DNA of 62,511 bases, filler included, from Basidiobolus ranarum (taxonomy: Eukaryota), in assembly GCA_040143965.1 (NCBI GenBank). It is 40 parts of 40 records of this genome, joined end to end, with 100 filler letters (N's around TTAATTAATTAA, not from the genome) between each part and the next. Parts side by side here need not be neighbours in the genome. Positions count along the whole stretch, not along the records: positions 50,130 to 51,591 come from JASJQH010011989.1; positions 51,692 to 53,153 come from JASJQH010011990.1; positions 53,254 to 54,713 come from JASJQH010011991.1; positions 54,814 to 56,273 come from JASJQH010011992.1; positions 56,374 to 57,833 come from JASJQH010011993.1; positions 57,934 to 59,393 come from JASJQH010011994.1; positions 59,494 to 60,952 come from JASJQH010011995.1; positions 61,053 to 62,511 come from JASJQH010011996.1; 32 more parts are not named here. One strand, 5' to 3'. Under the pieces are notes generated by a model that made no database searches, had not been told where the DNA came from, and saw nothing but the letters and a program-made list of their open reading frames with translations. The translations under genes were made by a program, and so were the position numbers. How positions within the stretch are numbered: the stretch's first letter is position 1; every line of letters begins with the position of its first letter. Below are positions 50,932 through 62,005 of the stretch, in pieces.

Positions 50932-52942
50932 GATTTGATGTTTGAAACTAACTCTATGGCAAAAATCCTTTTTGGCATTCTTTAATTGAATGGACCAGGT
51001 TCTTGCACTTTTTAATTGAATTCCTATAGGAGACACAATTAGTGAAGCTTGTTGGACATTATGCAGCTCCAAAACATTCCTGATCCCAATTGTTTCCTGA
51101 TAATAATATCTTCATAATTCCTCATTCAACAGCTCAGAACCATTATAAATGGCTGCAATCTTAACTCTAGGGCAATCAGAAGGTTCCCAAAGTCATTAGG
51201 CAGGCTCCCTAGAAGTTCAATGCCTATATTATATCCAATTAAAGATGGTTTAATGGATAAGGGCAAATTGCATAGCATTCACCAAATCTATGTGATTAGC
51301 CATAGAATCACCAGTACTGATCAGAATTGATAGTTATTTCCTTCCAAAATGTAGCCCATTACCTATACTTTTGGTATCATACAGTCCCTCAAGTGCTTAA
51401 CAAACATTTAGGATGACTCAACACTTGCCAGTATAGATGATCTTTTAATATCGGAATATAACACTGATTGAGAACCCAGCCTAATTGAGTACTGTAGCAC
51501 ATAGTGGTTGACAATAGGTAAAGCCTATTGTCAAGCTATGGTAAGCAATAATACTAACTGAAATAAGTAACTATTCACCTGGCAAAGCATANNNNNNNNN
51601 NNNNNNNNNNNNNNNNNNNNNNNNNNNNNNNNNNNTTAATTAATTAANNNNNNNNNNNNNNNNNNNNNNNNNNNNNNNNNNNNNNNNNNNNACCGTTACC
51701 GTTTCCGTTTCCACCCTTTCCAGCGTCGTAAGCGCTGGCTGTATTGCCACCGTTTCCATTGCTGTTATCACCACCATTGTCTAAATTCAACTTAGCATCC
51801 TTATAGTAAATGTAGATTTAGTAATTGCATTCACGACATGTTAAGAATTGTCAACTGTTGTAATTTAGTGTGTTGTCAACGTAATAATCAATAATCTAAT
51901 GCTCGGTAGAACTTAGCAAAAGTCTTTATTAGATTTCATGCTAGAACTTGTACAAACAAAGTGCTAACTCTATTGATAACATGATCTGGAACATTTACTA
52001 AATATGGGAGTATTTGTATAAGCATATACCCTGTTAACCTGTTAACGTTAAGCATTATAGTGGCACAACTGATCTAGTGTGTACCAATCCTTCAACTAAT
52101 CAGAAAGAGCTTTTTGTAAGCTTGGTATTGAAAAAGCCATTAATGTAGCTTCTTGTTAAAAGATTTTGAAAGAAGGAAGGGAACTATCATGTAACTTGGA
52201 AGGGATATTTGCAGCGAAGGTATACACTAGTGCACATAACTGCTTCAAACAAATATATCTTAATGATTTTCCAGGTATGAAGTTTATATCAAAATACGAT
52301 ATGGCATGCACAACTATAATGTACAGATTTACAAATATACTATAATCTAACCACATTGGTGCTAATTTACCAGATATCGTATCGCAGGTATAGTATTATC
52401 CTTACTGGTATGGATTAAGATTATGTAATAATTATTGGATACAGGTTTCTATGCATGTTGAATGTACAACTGTACACCTAATACTTCAAGAAGTCTCCTA
52501 TAGCTTATTTCTGGCCATCACCGTCATTTTACTAATATTATGTTTTCAATGAGTACACTATTGGTGGATCTTTGGAGCACTAACTGATAGAATACACTAT
52601 AGATGCTCTTAGTACCAGTTTGTAAAATCTTTAGAGTTTAGATTATTTAGATGGATTCAACTTGATATTATGGTATCTCCGTAGTTGTTTGTAATGTATT
52701 GATGCTCGATATTATTGCTGATGTTTTGTCTGAGCATATCTTAATACCATTACCGAACGATGATGCATTAAAAGCACCTAACCATATCCCTTACCAGAAC
52801 ATCTATACCCTAGAGATCAATAAAACCATTGTAAGCTACAAAGTGGATGTAACAGTCTATATTTATTGATCAATTAATACGAATTTGAATACAACACGTT
52901 CTCAACAATGTTGCAAGTGATATAATACAGTAAGCGTGTCAT

Positions 52943-53153
52943 CTAGTAGTCAATATTCTCAAAAGGATTCATGGTAAATGGAGCCTTATAACCATTTTCT
53001 GGCTTCATGGGCAGTGCCACACTACTGCGAAGTCCATTCTTAATCATATTTTCGGTAGCAGGGATGATTGTGTTATATTCGGATCCAGGGCCATATGGGA
53101 TCATACATACGCGCTCTCCAACACAGTTGGGTTCGCTATAAAAGCAGTAGATA
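52943..53153 (-). CDS. C-terminal fragment of an unknown host protein
   Basis: IYCFYSEPNCVGERVCMIPYGPG...NPFENIDY*; open frame from the contig edge. Confidence 0.55.
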
Positions 53154-53253
53154 NNNNNNNNNNNNNNNNNNNNNNNNNNNNNNNNNNNNNNNNNNNNTTA
53201 ATTAATTAANNNNNNNNNNNNNNNNNNNNNNNNNNNNNNNNNNNNNNNNNNNN

Positions 53254-53455
53254 CATTGATAGTGTATTGTGGCCTCGTGGTTCAGCTGCTGCCGAAGTTT
53301 TATGGTCCGATATCAAACTTGCTGATGGTACTATCCGCAAGACTGGCGATGTATTCCCTCGTATTAATGAGCAAAGAGCACGCTTAGTTGATCGCGGTAT
53401 TGGCGCTGTGCCTTTGCAACCATTGTGGTGTGCTCGTAACCCTCGTAATTGCTAA
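53254..53455 (+). CDS. GH20 beta-N-acetylhexosaminidase, C-terminal fragment
   Basis: DSVLWPRGSAAAEVLWS..RINEQRARLVDRGIGAVPLQPLWC..NP..C*. Confidence 0.93.
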
Positions 53456-54060
53456 TTGTCAGCGTATGGGGTTAATCCTAGTCTGCAATTGCTAGGTTCA
53501 CAAATCCCTTAACTGCAACTAGTAATTAACCTCAATCGAAATTGTTGCTTTTATGTTGTGATTCAATATTAATAAACTTAAGCTTAATAAATGATCAAGA
53601 ATGATAGAAACAGATTTTGTAAGGGATCTTGAAATAATTATAAAGAAGTTGAATAAATTCCGTGTATGCCAATCAAAAGAATTAATGGAAACATATAAAT
53701 AGTTTTGTTCTGCATCTTCTATTCAACTGGACGCATATATTTGATGGCCATACTACCGCAAACTATTTTTGAATGTTTAGAATATTTTGATGTTACCTAT
53801 GTGAATTATCGGCTGATCGATGCAAGGAACACTTCAAGACATGACTCCGTGCAATACATCAAACCTGTGTTAGAGTAACGTTCTCAAAGAAGATCAATAT
53901 TGAATTTTCGTAACCTGTCACTCAACATGATGATATATTAGTACCAAGTTACGCCAAGAACTCAGTAGAAATAGTTACTAAAAAAGAAATACTAGGATTT
54001 GGTATATAAGTGAACACAGGAATCTATTAATATGACATCTTGGTTTTATATCGATTAATC

Positions 54061-54713
54061 ATGGTTGCCATTAAGCTTCTGACCTCTATCTCTTTCTTGG
54101 CTACCGTTTCGATGGCTTGGGTTTGGCCTTTACCTGCGAAGATGGATGTTGGTCATAACATCATTCGCTTGAGCAGAAACGAACTCGATATCTCCATCAA
54201 AACTCCAGCTGGCGCTGATATCCTTGAAAGAGCTGTCCACCGCTACAAGAAGTTGATCTTCACCAAGGGTGAGTTCAGCTCCCTCCTTAACACAGTTGAG
54301 AAGACTGTGTTCCCCATTCCTACTACTTCTGTCCCCGTTCATCAGCTCGCTCCCAAGGGTAAGTACCCTACACTGACTGGACTCAGTATTCAGGTCAGTG
54401 GCCACAACACCAAACTCAATCTTGATACCGATGAGTCGTACACTATCGATGTTCCTGCACGTGGTGGCAAGGCTACCATTAAGGCCAAGAGTGTGTACGG
54501 AGCTCTCCGCGGACTCGAGTCATTCTCCCAATTGGTCAAGTGGACTGCTGAGGCCAATCAGTACCGCATTCCATTCGCTCCAGTCTCGATCTCAGACAAA
54601 CCAGTCTTCGTCCATCGTGGTGTGATGATTGATTCATCCCGCAACTTCCTCAAGATCGAAGATATCAAGCGTACTCTCGATGCTATGTCTTACAACAAGC
54701 TCAATGTTCTTCA
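54061..54713 (+). CDS. GH20 beta-N-acetylhexosaminidase, N-terminal fragment (secreted)
   Basis: Signal peptide, VWPLP, TDESYTI, YGALRGLESFSQL, ISDKP.F.HRGVMIDSSRNF..LDAMSYNKLNVL. Confidence 0.96.
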
Positions 54714-54813
54714 NNNNNNNNNNNNNNNNNNNNNNNNNNNNNNNNNNNNNNNNNNNNTTAATTAATTAANNNNNNNNNNNNNNNNNNNNNNNNNNNNNNN
54801 NNNNNNNNNNNNN

Positions 54814-54979
54814 GGCCAGTCCTCATGTTGCTGGTGTTGCCGCATTGTACCTATCCCAAGGTGGTTTGAGCACCCCTGCCCAAGTATACGCAGCACTTGT
54901 ATCCAAGGCCACCAAGAATGTGATCACAGGATTGAAGGGCACTACTCCCAATCTTTTGGTCTTCAACTCTAACCAATAA
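54814..54979 (+). CDS. Subtilisin (S8, proteinase K-like), C-terminal fragment
   Basis: ASPHVAGVAALYLS..ATKNVITGL.GTTPNLLVFN. Confidence 0.93.
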
Positions 54980-55588
54980 GCTATGCTATACTGCACTTAT
55001 AACTGTGTTTAATAAACGAAGCCATATTGCAAATTAAAGTAGGAATTTTCTATGTTTGAGTTATACAAAGAATTCCATCATGAAACCACACCCTAGGATT
55101 GTAAACATCGGTATGTTTATGGTAAATAGTAGCCGCTCTCCGAATTATAGGAACGCTATGCCGGTGTAATTTAGTGTGAACAGTTAGAAAATATATGGTC
55201 ATATTTAGAGTTACATAAATTTAGAATAAACGATGCTTACTGTATATACAGCACTCATCAGATATTGATTTATTAGTACAGGATAAGGGCCATCTATGTT
55301 TAATCAACAAAAAATCCTATGTTCCCTGTTTGTACATGGTGATGATTTATGCAGAACTGTTGTTTGAATGCTGCCTTTCAACTGGAACTAGACTATTCTC
55401 TTGCTTACGTTTAGCTAAAGTGCTATCAGAGTGCATAGCGGAAGAGCTATACTAGTGGATTAATACGTATGCGTCCAACTTCTTTAGTCTAAACAGACTT
55501 AATTTTACTTCGGTTTACATCAGAATATAGAATATTGTAGCGCATATTTAATAGCTTGCATAATTTTCTTTCTATCGTTGTACCTTCC

Positions 55589-55696
55589 TTTCCATCGTTG
55601 TACCTTTCCATATAGCTACGGGACTTTCCATCGTTGTACCTTTCCATATAGCTACGGGACTTTCCATCGTTGTACCTTTCCATATAGCTACGGGAC
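55589..55696. repeat. Perfect 36-bp tandem repeat x3 (TTTCCATCGTTGTACCTTTCCATATAGCTACGGGAC)
   Basis: Three identical adjacent units; partial diverged unit at 55568-55586. Confidence 0.97.
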
Positions 55697-56053
55697 GTAG
55701 GAGTTTGCAGAGCCCCTGATTGCAAGAAATTGATCACCAAGATCCGTATTTAGACTAATAAATAATATCAATTAACATATAAAATCTCAAGTAGAGGAGT
55801 TTGCTTATCACCTTTAGGCTGTTGCCTAGCAGTTCGAATCAGAGAATAGAAGTTATGTCCTCAATATGTTGAAAGATGGAAGTAGGAGTATCTTCAATTG
55901 AATTAAAAGTAGGTACGTACCTGATTTAATTATAATAGCATTTCAATACATTTTCCTCTCAGATCAATCGTAGATTTCGCATCTTAATGTTAGTATAAAT
56001 AGCAAAGAAAAATAATCTCTGGTGATCACAATCCAAACAACAACTTATCAATC

Positions 56054-56273
56054 ATGCGCTTCGTTCTTGCTTTATTCATTGTATTGTGCTCAATTTCCTC
56101 CACAATTACTGCTCCATTGCCATTGAAGGTTGCGGTAAACGCCGACACTGAGCCTACTGGTACACCACTTAATCCTGGTAGTTGTGACGATATCAAGGCT
56201 AAGATCAGTGTTTCGGATGTGAACGTGGTCGCAGTTGTATGTCTTAAGAGTGGAGAAGAGTTGCCTGCCGGTA
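56054..56273 (+). CDS. Small secreted protein, 3'-truncated
   Basis: Signal peptide MRFVLALFIVLCSISSTITAP; TATAAATA about 60 nt upstream; Cys pair. Confidence 0.7.
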
Positions 56274-56373
56274 NNNNNNNNNNNNNNNNNNNNNNNNNNN
56301 NNNNNNNNNNNNNNNNNTTAATTAATTAANNNNNNNNNNNNNNNNNNNNNNNNNNNNNNNNNNNNNNNNNNNN

Positions 56374-57833
56374 GTGTTTCAAATAACCGGTTGTCACATT
56401 TGACTGCCTGGTGGATAGCATCAGTCAAGGTCACTGGGTCAGCCATAGTGAGTAAAAGATCCTTAATATTTTCTTGGAGTCCATATTGGAATTGGTTGAT
56501 CAGGGCAGATTCTCCCCAATTGAGATCACAGGCAAGAAGGCAAAATTCTGCAGCATAAGTTGATGCAGGTTTTGACCCTTGTTTAAGTGCACAGAGCTTG
56601 GTGGCTGAAGTTCTTTCTTTATCTGCATTTCCAAATGTGGCTTCCAGTTCAGCAAGAAAGGCAAGGAAGTTTGAAAGAAGTGGAGATTGACTTTCCATTA
56701 AAGGAGCAAACCAAGACAGAGCTGTTCCTGATAAGAGTGTTCCCACTAAGCCTACTTTTGTTTGGTCAGAGGGGTAGCAATGGGGATGTAACTGGATGAT
56801 AAGCTTTACTTGGTTAATAAAACCACAATAGTTTTGGCAAGTGCCATCAAACTTATTTGGTAGGGAGATTTTGGGTTCAGGAGTTGGAATTGCAGTATAG
56901 TTGGGTGGAGCTGGATTCTGTACTTGAGCAATGGAAGTACAAAGTTCTTGATTTTCTTGCTGAAGCTGAGTCAGGGCTTGCATAACATCTTCCATTGTGG
57001 GGGCTGGTGTAGACATAATACTTACTATGTTGGGAGGGGAAGTTTTAAAACCACAAGTTTCTCTAGGAATGATAATCACAATGCAATGTCCAACTTTCTG
57101 TTGAAGAAATGATTGGCGCCTTGACAAAAGAATATGCTGGTATCAACGTCCTTTGATCTTGATCAAGTACTAAAGCTTCTTTGATCAAAAACAACTGTAA
57201 ACTCAACCAGTAGTGTCTTGACAAGGATGCACTTAGAGCAATTATCCAAAGGTGGAAGGTACCTTTGCCTTAGCAGGGAAGCTTGGGAAAGATAGGGAAT
57301 AAGAGGGAAGCCGACCTTGGGGGGTTTCAAGGTTGGAGAGCAGGGATGGAGAGAAGTCTACAGGCAAGTATAAGTAGTCTGATCAAACTGTCACAATAAG
57401 GAACTGGACAAGGACTGGGAACAACAACAAGAGGCTAGAAGGCAGGAGAGTACTTGGGTGTAGACCACAAGACAAGACAAGACTGGACAAGGAAGATACT
57501 TTGGCAAGAATCCTTATTGTTAACAGGTGTTGATCAGACTGAGGTCTGATCAAGGAATACACGGGGCTTATATAGATATTGCATGGCAAAACATAATATA
57601 CTTAATAGGGAATATACTGTGGCAAGTTCAAGAGTTGGGGTGTTGGGGACTACAAGGACCAATACAAAGTGGGATGATGTAAGAACAATGTAAGGATGAT
57701 CGGGTGGCCTTTGATGGAAGGACTTGGCGGAAATACACTATGTGTGGGATGACATGATTGGTTAGGTTTCATGGAATGTTCCAAAGAACATGCCTTCCAT
57801 ATAAGGTAATCTGGATGAACTGACACCAGATTG
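56374..57833 (-). mobile_element. Chromovirus 5' LTR (57389-57833), leader and gag (ATG 57016)
   Basis: EPKISLP.KFDG, LLSGTALSWF, LKQG...STYAAEF..L.W.ESALI.QF..GL; LTR ends TGTGACA and overlaps the LTR copies at 11110-11214 and 49931-50026. Confidence 0.95.
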
Positions 57834-57933
57834 NNNNNNNNNNNNNNNNNNNNNNNNNNNNNNNNNNNNNNNNNNNNTTAATTAATTAANNNNNNNNNNN
57901 NNNNNNNNNNNNNNNNNNNNNNNNNNNNNNNNN

Positions 57934-58912
57934 GCAAGTCCTCAAAGTTATCTGGACTTACTGGTTTGACCAAAGTTCCATTTGGACCTACATCATTCTG
58001 GTCATATCATTGTGGTAACTCCATGGTATCTTGACTTTTGGCAGTGTTACTAAAACTTTCAGGCAAAGTATAGTCAGTGGACTCAATGGGCAAAACTAAA
58101 GTTGATATAGTGCATTTATTACTGTTGTTATACACCAGGCTTTGTTCAGCTGGTGGCTTTGTACAGTGACCATGCTTGTGATTATTTTTTCTATAAGGCC
58201 TCCAGCTTTCAAAGCACAAGAATTTGTGACAATAATAGCAGGGCTTTTTTAAATGTTTGTGTTGCAGCATGCAAAGGATATTGTAGAAAAAAAAACACCT
58301 CCGACATAAGGGTGGTATCTTAGGTATAGCCCATCAATATCATCAGCTGATTCTGAGATGATGTCACAGATGAGTCATCAGGGGATTTACAAGATATTTC
58401 CAGTAATGGATGGCAATTTTGGTTTATTATAAGCTGTTTCTAAGTAATTTCATTACACCAAGTTTACCATCTGAAAATTTCAATGCCATTCAAAAAGCAT
58501 TCAAAATCTAAGTCAAAATTGGCTTCCAAGCCAAAGCCTGTGTGCACAAAAGAAAAAAACCAGCAAGAACAGTGGACTCTATTGATGAACAGTCTAGCAA
58601 TCCACTATCCACTTTGGAAGGCATTAACATGCCGGAAACTAACTCAAATAATGATGAAGCATTAATCAATTTACCAGATGTGTTCCTTTCCAGCAATAGT
58701 GCAAGTGAAGAGATTGTAATCCCCAATTACATAGTAAATCAATAGTTGAGCAAAGTTCAACCGCAACACTGTCAAGACCATCAACTTCCAAAATGACTAC
58801 TTTGCCCACTACTGAACAACCCTCTGTGGAAAATTTGGATAGAATTATTACAATAAGGGAATCACAGGCACAACATCATAATAATTTATATGCAATCATA
58901 AGTAAAAACTAT
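57934..58912. mobile_element. CACTA central region: transposase start (-) and ORF2 start (+, MPFKKHSKSK)
   Basis: KKPCYYCHKFLC..W..RKNNH N-terminal Zn-finger-like motif; matches 2060-2992. Confidence 0.8.
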
Positions 58913-59583
58913 AGACTTGTTCCTTTTATTGAGCCAGATCAGGCCAGCTAAAAAGTGTGCCAGCACAAATTGGCATGATTGGGCACTATCCGGCATGATG
59001 TTATTTACCATTTTGGAAACAGTTTATTTCACTTTTGTGATATATTTAAGAAAAGTACTTTGAAACATTATTGCACATTCAAAAGATGATGGAAGCTTTA
59101 TTCATAGTGTCTTGAGTCTAGAGCTCTCAATGGATATCTTTGAGTATGGATGTATTGAGAATTAATCAAGATTTTGACTACTTTGCCTAACTTTGATTTA
59201 GTACCACAAAATGATTTTTCTCTATACTTTCCTGCTACAATGCTATATCTCTTTAGGAAACCAAAGCTTTGTTCTACTCTTACTCTAAAATGGGAAAAAA
59301 TGTCATTATAAAGCTTTTGCCTCTCTGTGAGTATCCCTCCTCTGGGCCTCTTGTTAGCAGTGACACATCCTAGCCTTCTGTATTCTTCCCCAANNNNNNN
59401 NNNNNNNNNNNNNNNNNNNNNNNNNNNNNNNNNNNNNTTAATTAATTAANNNNNNNNNNNNNNNNNNNNNNNNNNNNNNNNNNNNNNNNNNNNCTTCCTT
59501 TGAGCTGGTCAAGTCCTTTCTAGTCACACAGTAGCCTGTAACTGCCTCTAGTAGTCTCTCTTGAGCTTCCTCTTCAAAGGTCT

Positions 59584-60138
59584 TGTAAGTGGCGATGTAA
59601 ATAAGGGGCAATCACAAGTAGTAATTGTTAGTTGAAAACCAGGATGATTTTTATTTGAAAAGATATGGCTCCTATTTATACTTTTCTGAAGATAGATATG
59701 ATTACTAATGAGAATTTCCAGAAAGTTCCAGAGAATTCTATTGGTGGGGATCTGGGGTTATGATATCATCATAAATCATGAGATTAGTAATCCATGGAAT
59801 GTTCCAGAAGGTTGTAAAATAATCCAGAAAGTCATGGAATGTTCCGGCAAAATCAAGTTTTGATTGGTCAAAACTTAATCAATCATCAAATATTCCAAGA
59901 ATCTTGTGGAATATTCCGGAAGATTGTAGAATTTTCCAGAAAATAATAGGGCTAATGTGGGTTAATACTGATAAATCTGAAGTAATAGGGGATAATACTA
60001 ATAGTGTGATATGATTGGCTAGAAAATATGGGTAAGTCAAATAAGGATAATAAAATAGAAATTGTGTAATAGTAATGATATGAGCTTGGAGTGGAAATAA
60101 GTCAACCTGCCAGTGGGTAGCAATGCTACCCCACTACA
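59584..60138 (-). repeat. LTR family E (~555 bp, probably gypsy-type), inserted near the CACTA left end
   Basis: TGTAGTGG / CCACTTACA inverted ends, TATAAATA and AATAAA on - strand; left boundary could be 59596 instead. Confidence 0.7.
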
Positions 60139-60952
60139 CCATCACAATATTGTTGGCTTGCATTTTGCCAGGGATTTTGATGGTGTGATGGCGCTTTCCT
60201 AATGGTATCTTAATGGTGTTCATACATGTTAAAATATTGATCCTCAAATTTGGCATGCGTTATTCAATATCCAGCAATTTTTGTAAAAATATAATTTTCA
60301 AGTGGCAAATTACTGGATTTACTGCTGTAGGAATTCAAAATAATATGCATGCCTGTATTTAGATATTTTAGGCTTTGTATTCCAGCCATAATGAGAATAA
60401 AAAAATACAAGAATCTTGTTGTGTTTAGTCTCTACATATGTGCATATTTGACTGATTAGACATAAATCAACAACATCAATATGCTTTACCAGCAAACTAA
60501 CTGTGGAAAAATTGCTAAACATCTGAAATTTTGAATAACACTGACACTTGGCAAATAGCTGGCTTTTGTTACCATTCACAATGAGAATAAGCTCTTGGAT
60601 TTTGGCAAATTTCCGTAAAGAATTCAGCCAATATATTTCCAACTTTCAGTCAACAAATGTCCTGCACAAATAGATGTGTCATTGCTTGAATAGATTACCC
60701 CGTGGCTAAAACAATAATACTGCGTATCTCCATCTATCTCACCAAGATGTCTGTCTTGCAGCTTTCCTAAAAATACCATCAGATTATTACACAAGCAAAT
60801 TAGTCCAATTATAAAGGTACTTACTCTGTGTCCACGGATTGGGCTCTGTTGCTGTTACTGTGCTGAAACAATGTGAAAACCTATGAGTACATTGAAAAGC
60901 GCCCTTTGATGGCAGGTTAATATACTCTGGAGTCTCCTTAACCCAATGCATT
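60139..60952. mobile_element. CACTA left subterminal region and transposase 3' end
   Basis: Overlaps 32937-33132 (reverse complement), 12840-13511 and 7964-8195. Confidence 0.78.
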
Positions 60953-61052
60953 NNNNNNNNNNNNNNNNNNNNNNNNNNNNNNNNNNNNNNNNNNNNTTAA
61001 TTAATTAANNNNNNNNNNNNNNNNNNNNNNNNNNNNNNNNNNNNNNNNNNNN

Positions 61053-62005
61053 TCTTTGGTTGAAACCTGATTTGCTTGTTCTGACTTCTCATTTTAGTTG
61101 TAATTTCTTGATTTGCAATTGTTTAACTGGTGTCCTGGTTTGTTACAACCCTAGCATAAGCCTGCTTTCCTTCTTTTGTAACCTTTGTACTTGCCAAAGC
61201 TATGTTTTCCAGCTCCAAGAAGAGCCACTTCCTCAGATTCTTTTTCCAAATTCTTAATTCTGAGATGTTAATCCACTAGCCTGGCCACCAGAACCTCCAA
61301 AGACAACTTGTCAGATCTTGCTTCCCAAGCTGTGACTAAGTTTGAGTACTGTTATGGTAGACTACTCAGAAGAGTCACAACAACATCTTCTTCTTATAAA
61401 GTCACACCAATATTTTCCAGTTGTTTTGCCAAAGATCTCACATTTGCAATATGAGTAACCATGTTTTCAGACTTTTCCATCTTTATATGGAAGAATTTTG
61501 GTCTGAGGAAGAGTCTATTAGCAAGACTCTTTGCGTCATAACACTCTTTCAATATAGTTCAAGCTTGATTGGAAGTCCTTGCATATTGAGTATTCACAAG
61601 TTGTGAATCCTTCAAAATTTGACAAATGACATCAAAGGCCTTCTTGTGTCTTTTCTTGTAAGCTTCCAATAAAGAAGGGTCAGATGGTTCCTTTTCATCT
61701 CCAGAGAATACATCCTAAAGCTCCCTGTTTTCCAGCATGATTTGCATCTTGAACTTCCAGAAATTGTAATTTTCTGTATCAAGCTTTTCCACACTTGAGT
61801 TAATAAAAGTGGTAGTAGTGGTTTCTGTCATGCTGTAAAGGTTGGAACATGGGGATCATAACCTATTGGGAAAATATGGGCTGTTAGGAGGAACTTTAGG
61901 AAAGTGGAGCTGTGAATAGCTTTGTGAGATGATTATTTATTGTCCAGTAATAAAGCATTTATATATTTTGATGAAAGTATGGAAAACCAACACTAAGTTT
62001 ATGTT
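61053..62005 (-). mobile_element. Copia gag, PBS GGTTATGATCCCC (61851-61863) and 5' LTR B end (from 61864)
   Basis: NFWKFKMQIMLE..L; EDVVVTLLSSLP; LTR reads ..TTTTCCCAATA|GGTTATG. Confidence 0.9.

Noticed and set aside
51692-51784. Gly/Asn-rich exon on - or hydrophobic tail on +
   Set aside because: Looks coding (NGGDNSNGNGG..), but I could not fix strand, frame or start, so it is not called.
54130-54625. Short antisense or alternate-frame ORFs overlapping genes and TEs (here and throughout the track)
   Set aside because: Shadows of real coding frames, with no motifs of their own.
55589-55696. 36-bp repeats as a CRISPR array
   Set aside because: Units are directly adjacent with no spacers, there are no cas genes, and the context is eukaryotic.
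58913-59393. Possible further DNA transposon end interrupting CACTA ORF2
   Set aside because: Single occurrence with no second terminus or recognisable protein motif.
1473-61052. Regularly spaced TTAATTAATTAA palindromes as a biological array
   Set aside because: Always inside N44 pads between size-sorted contigs, so an artificial six-frame-stop linker. ORFs ending in X-runs or 'LIN' are artefacts.
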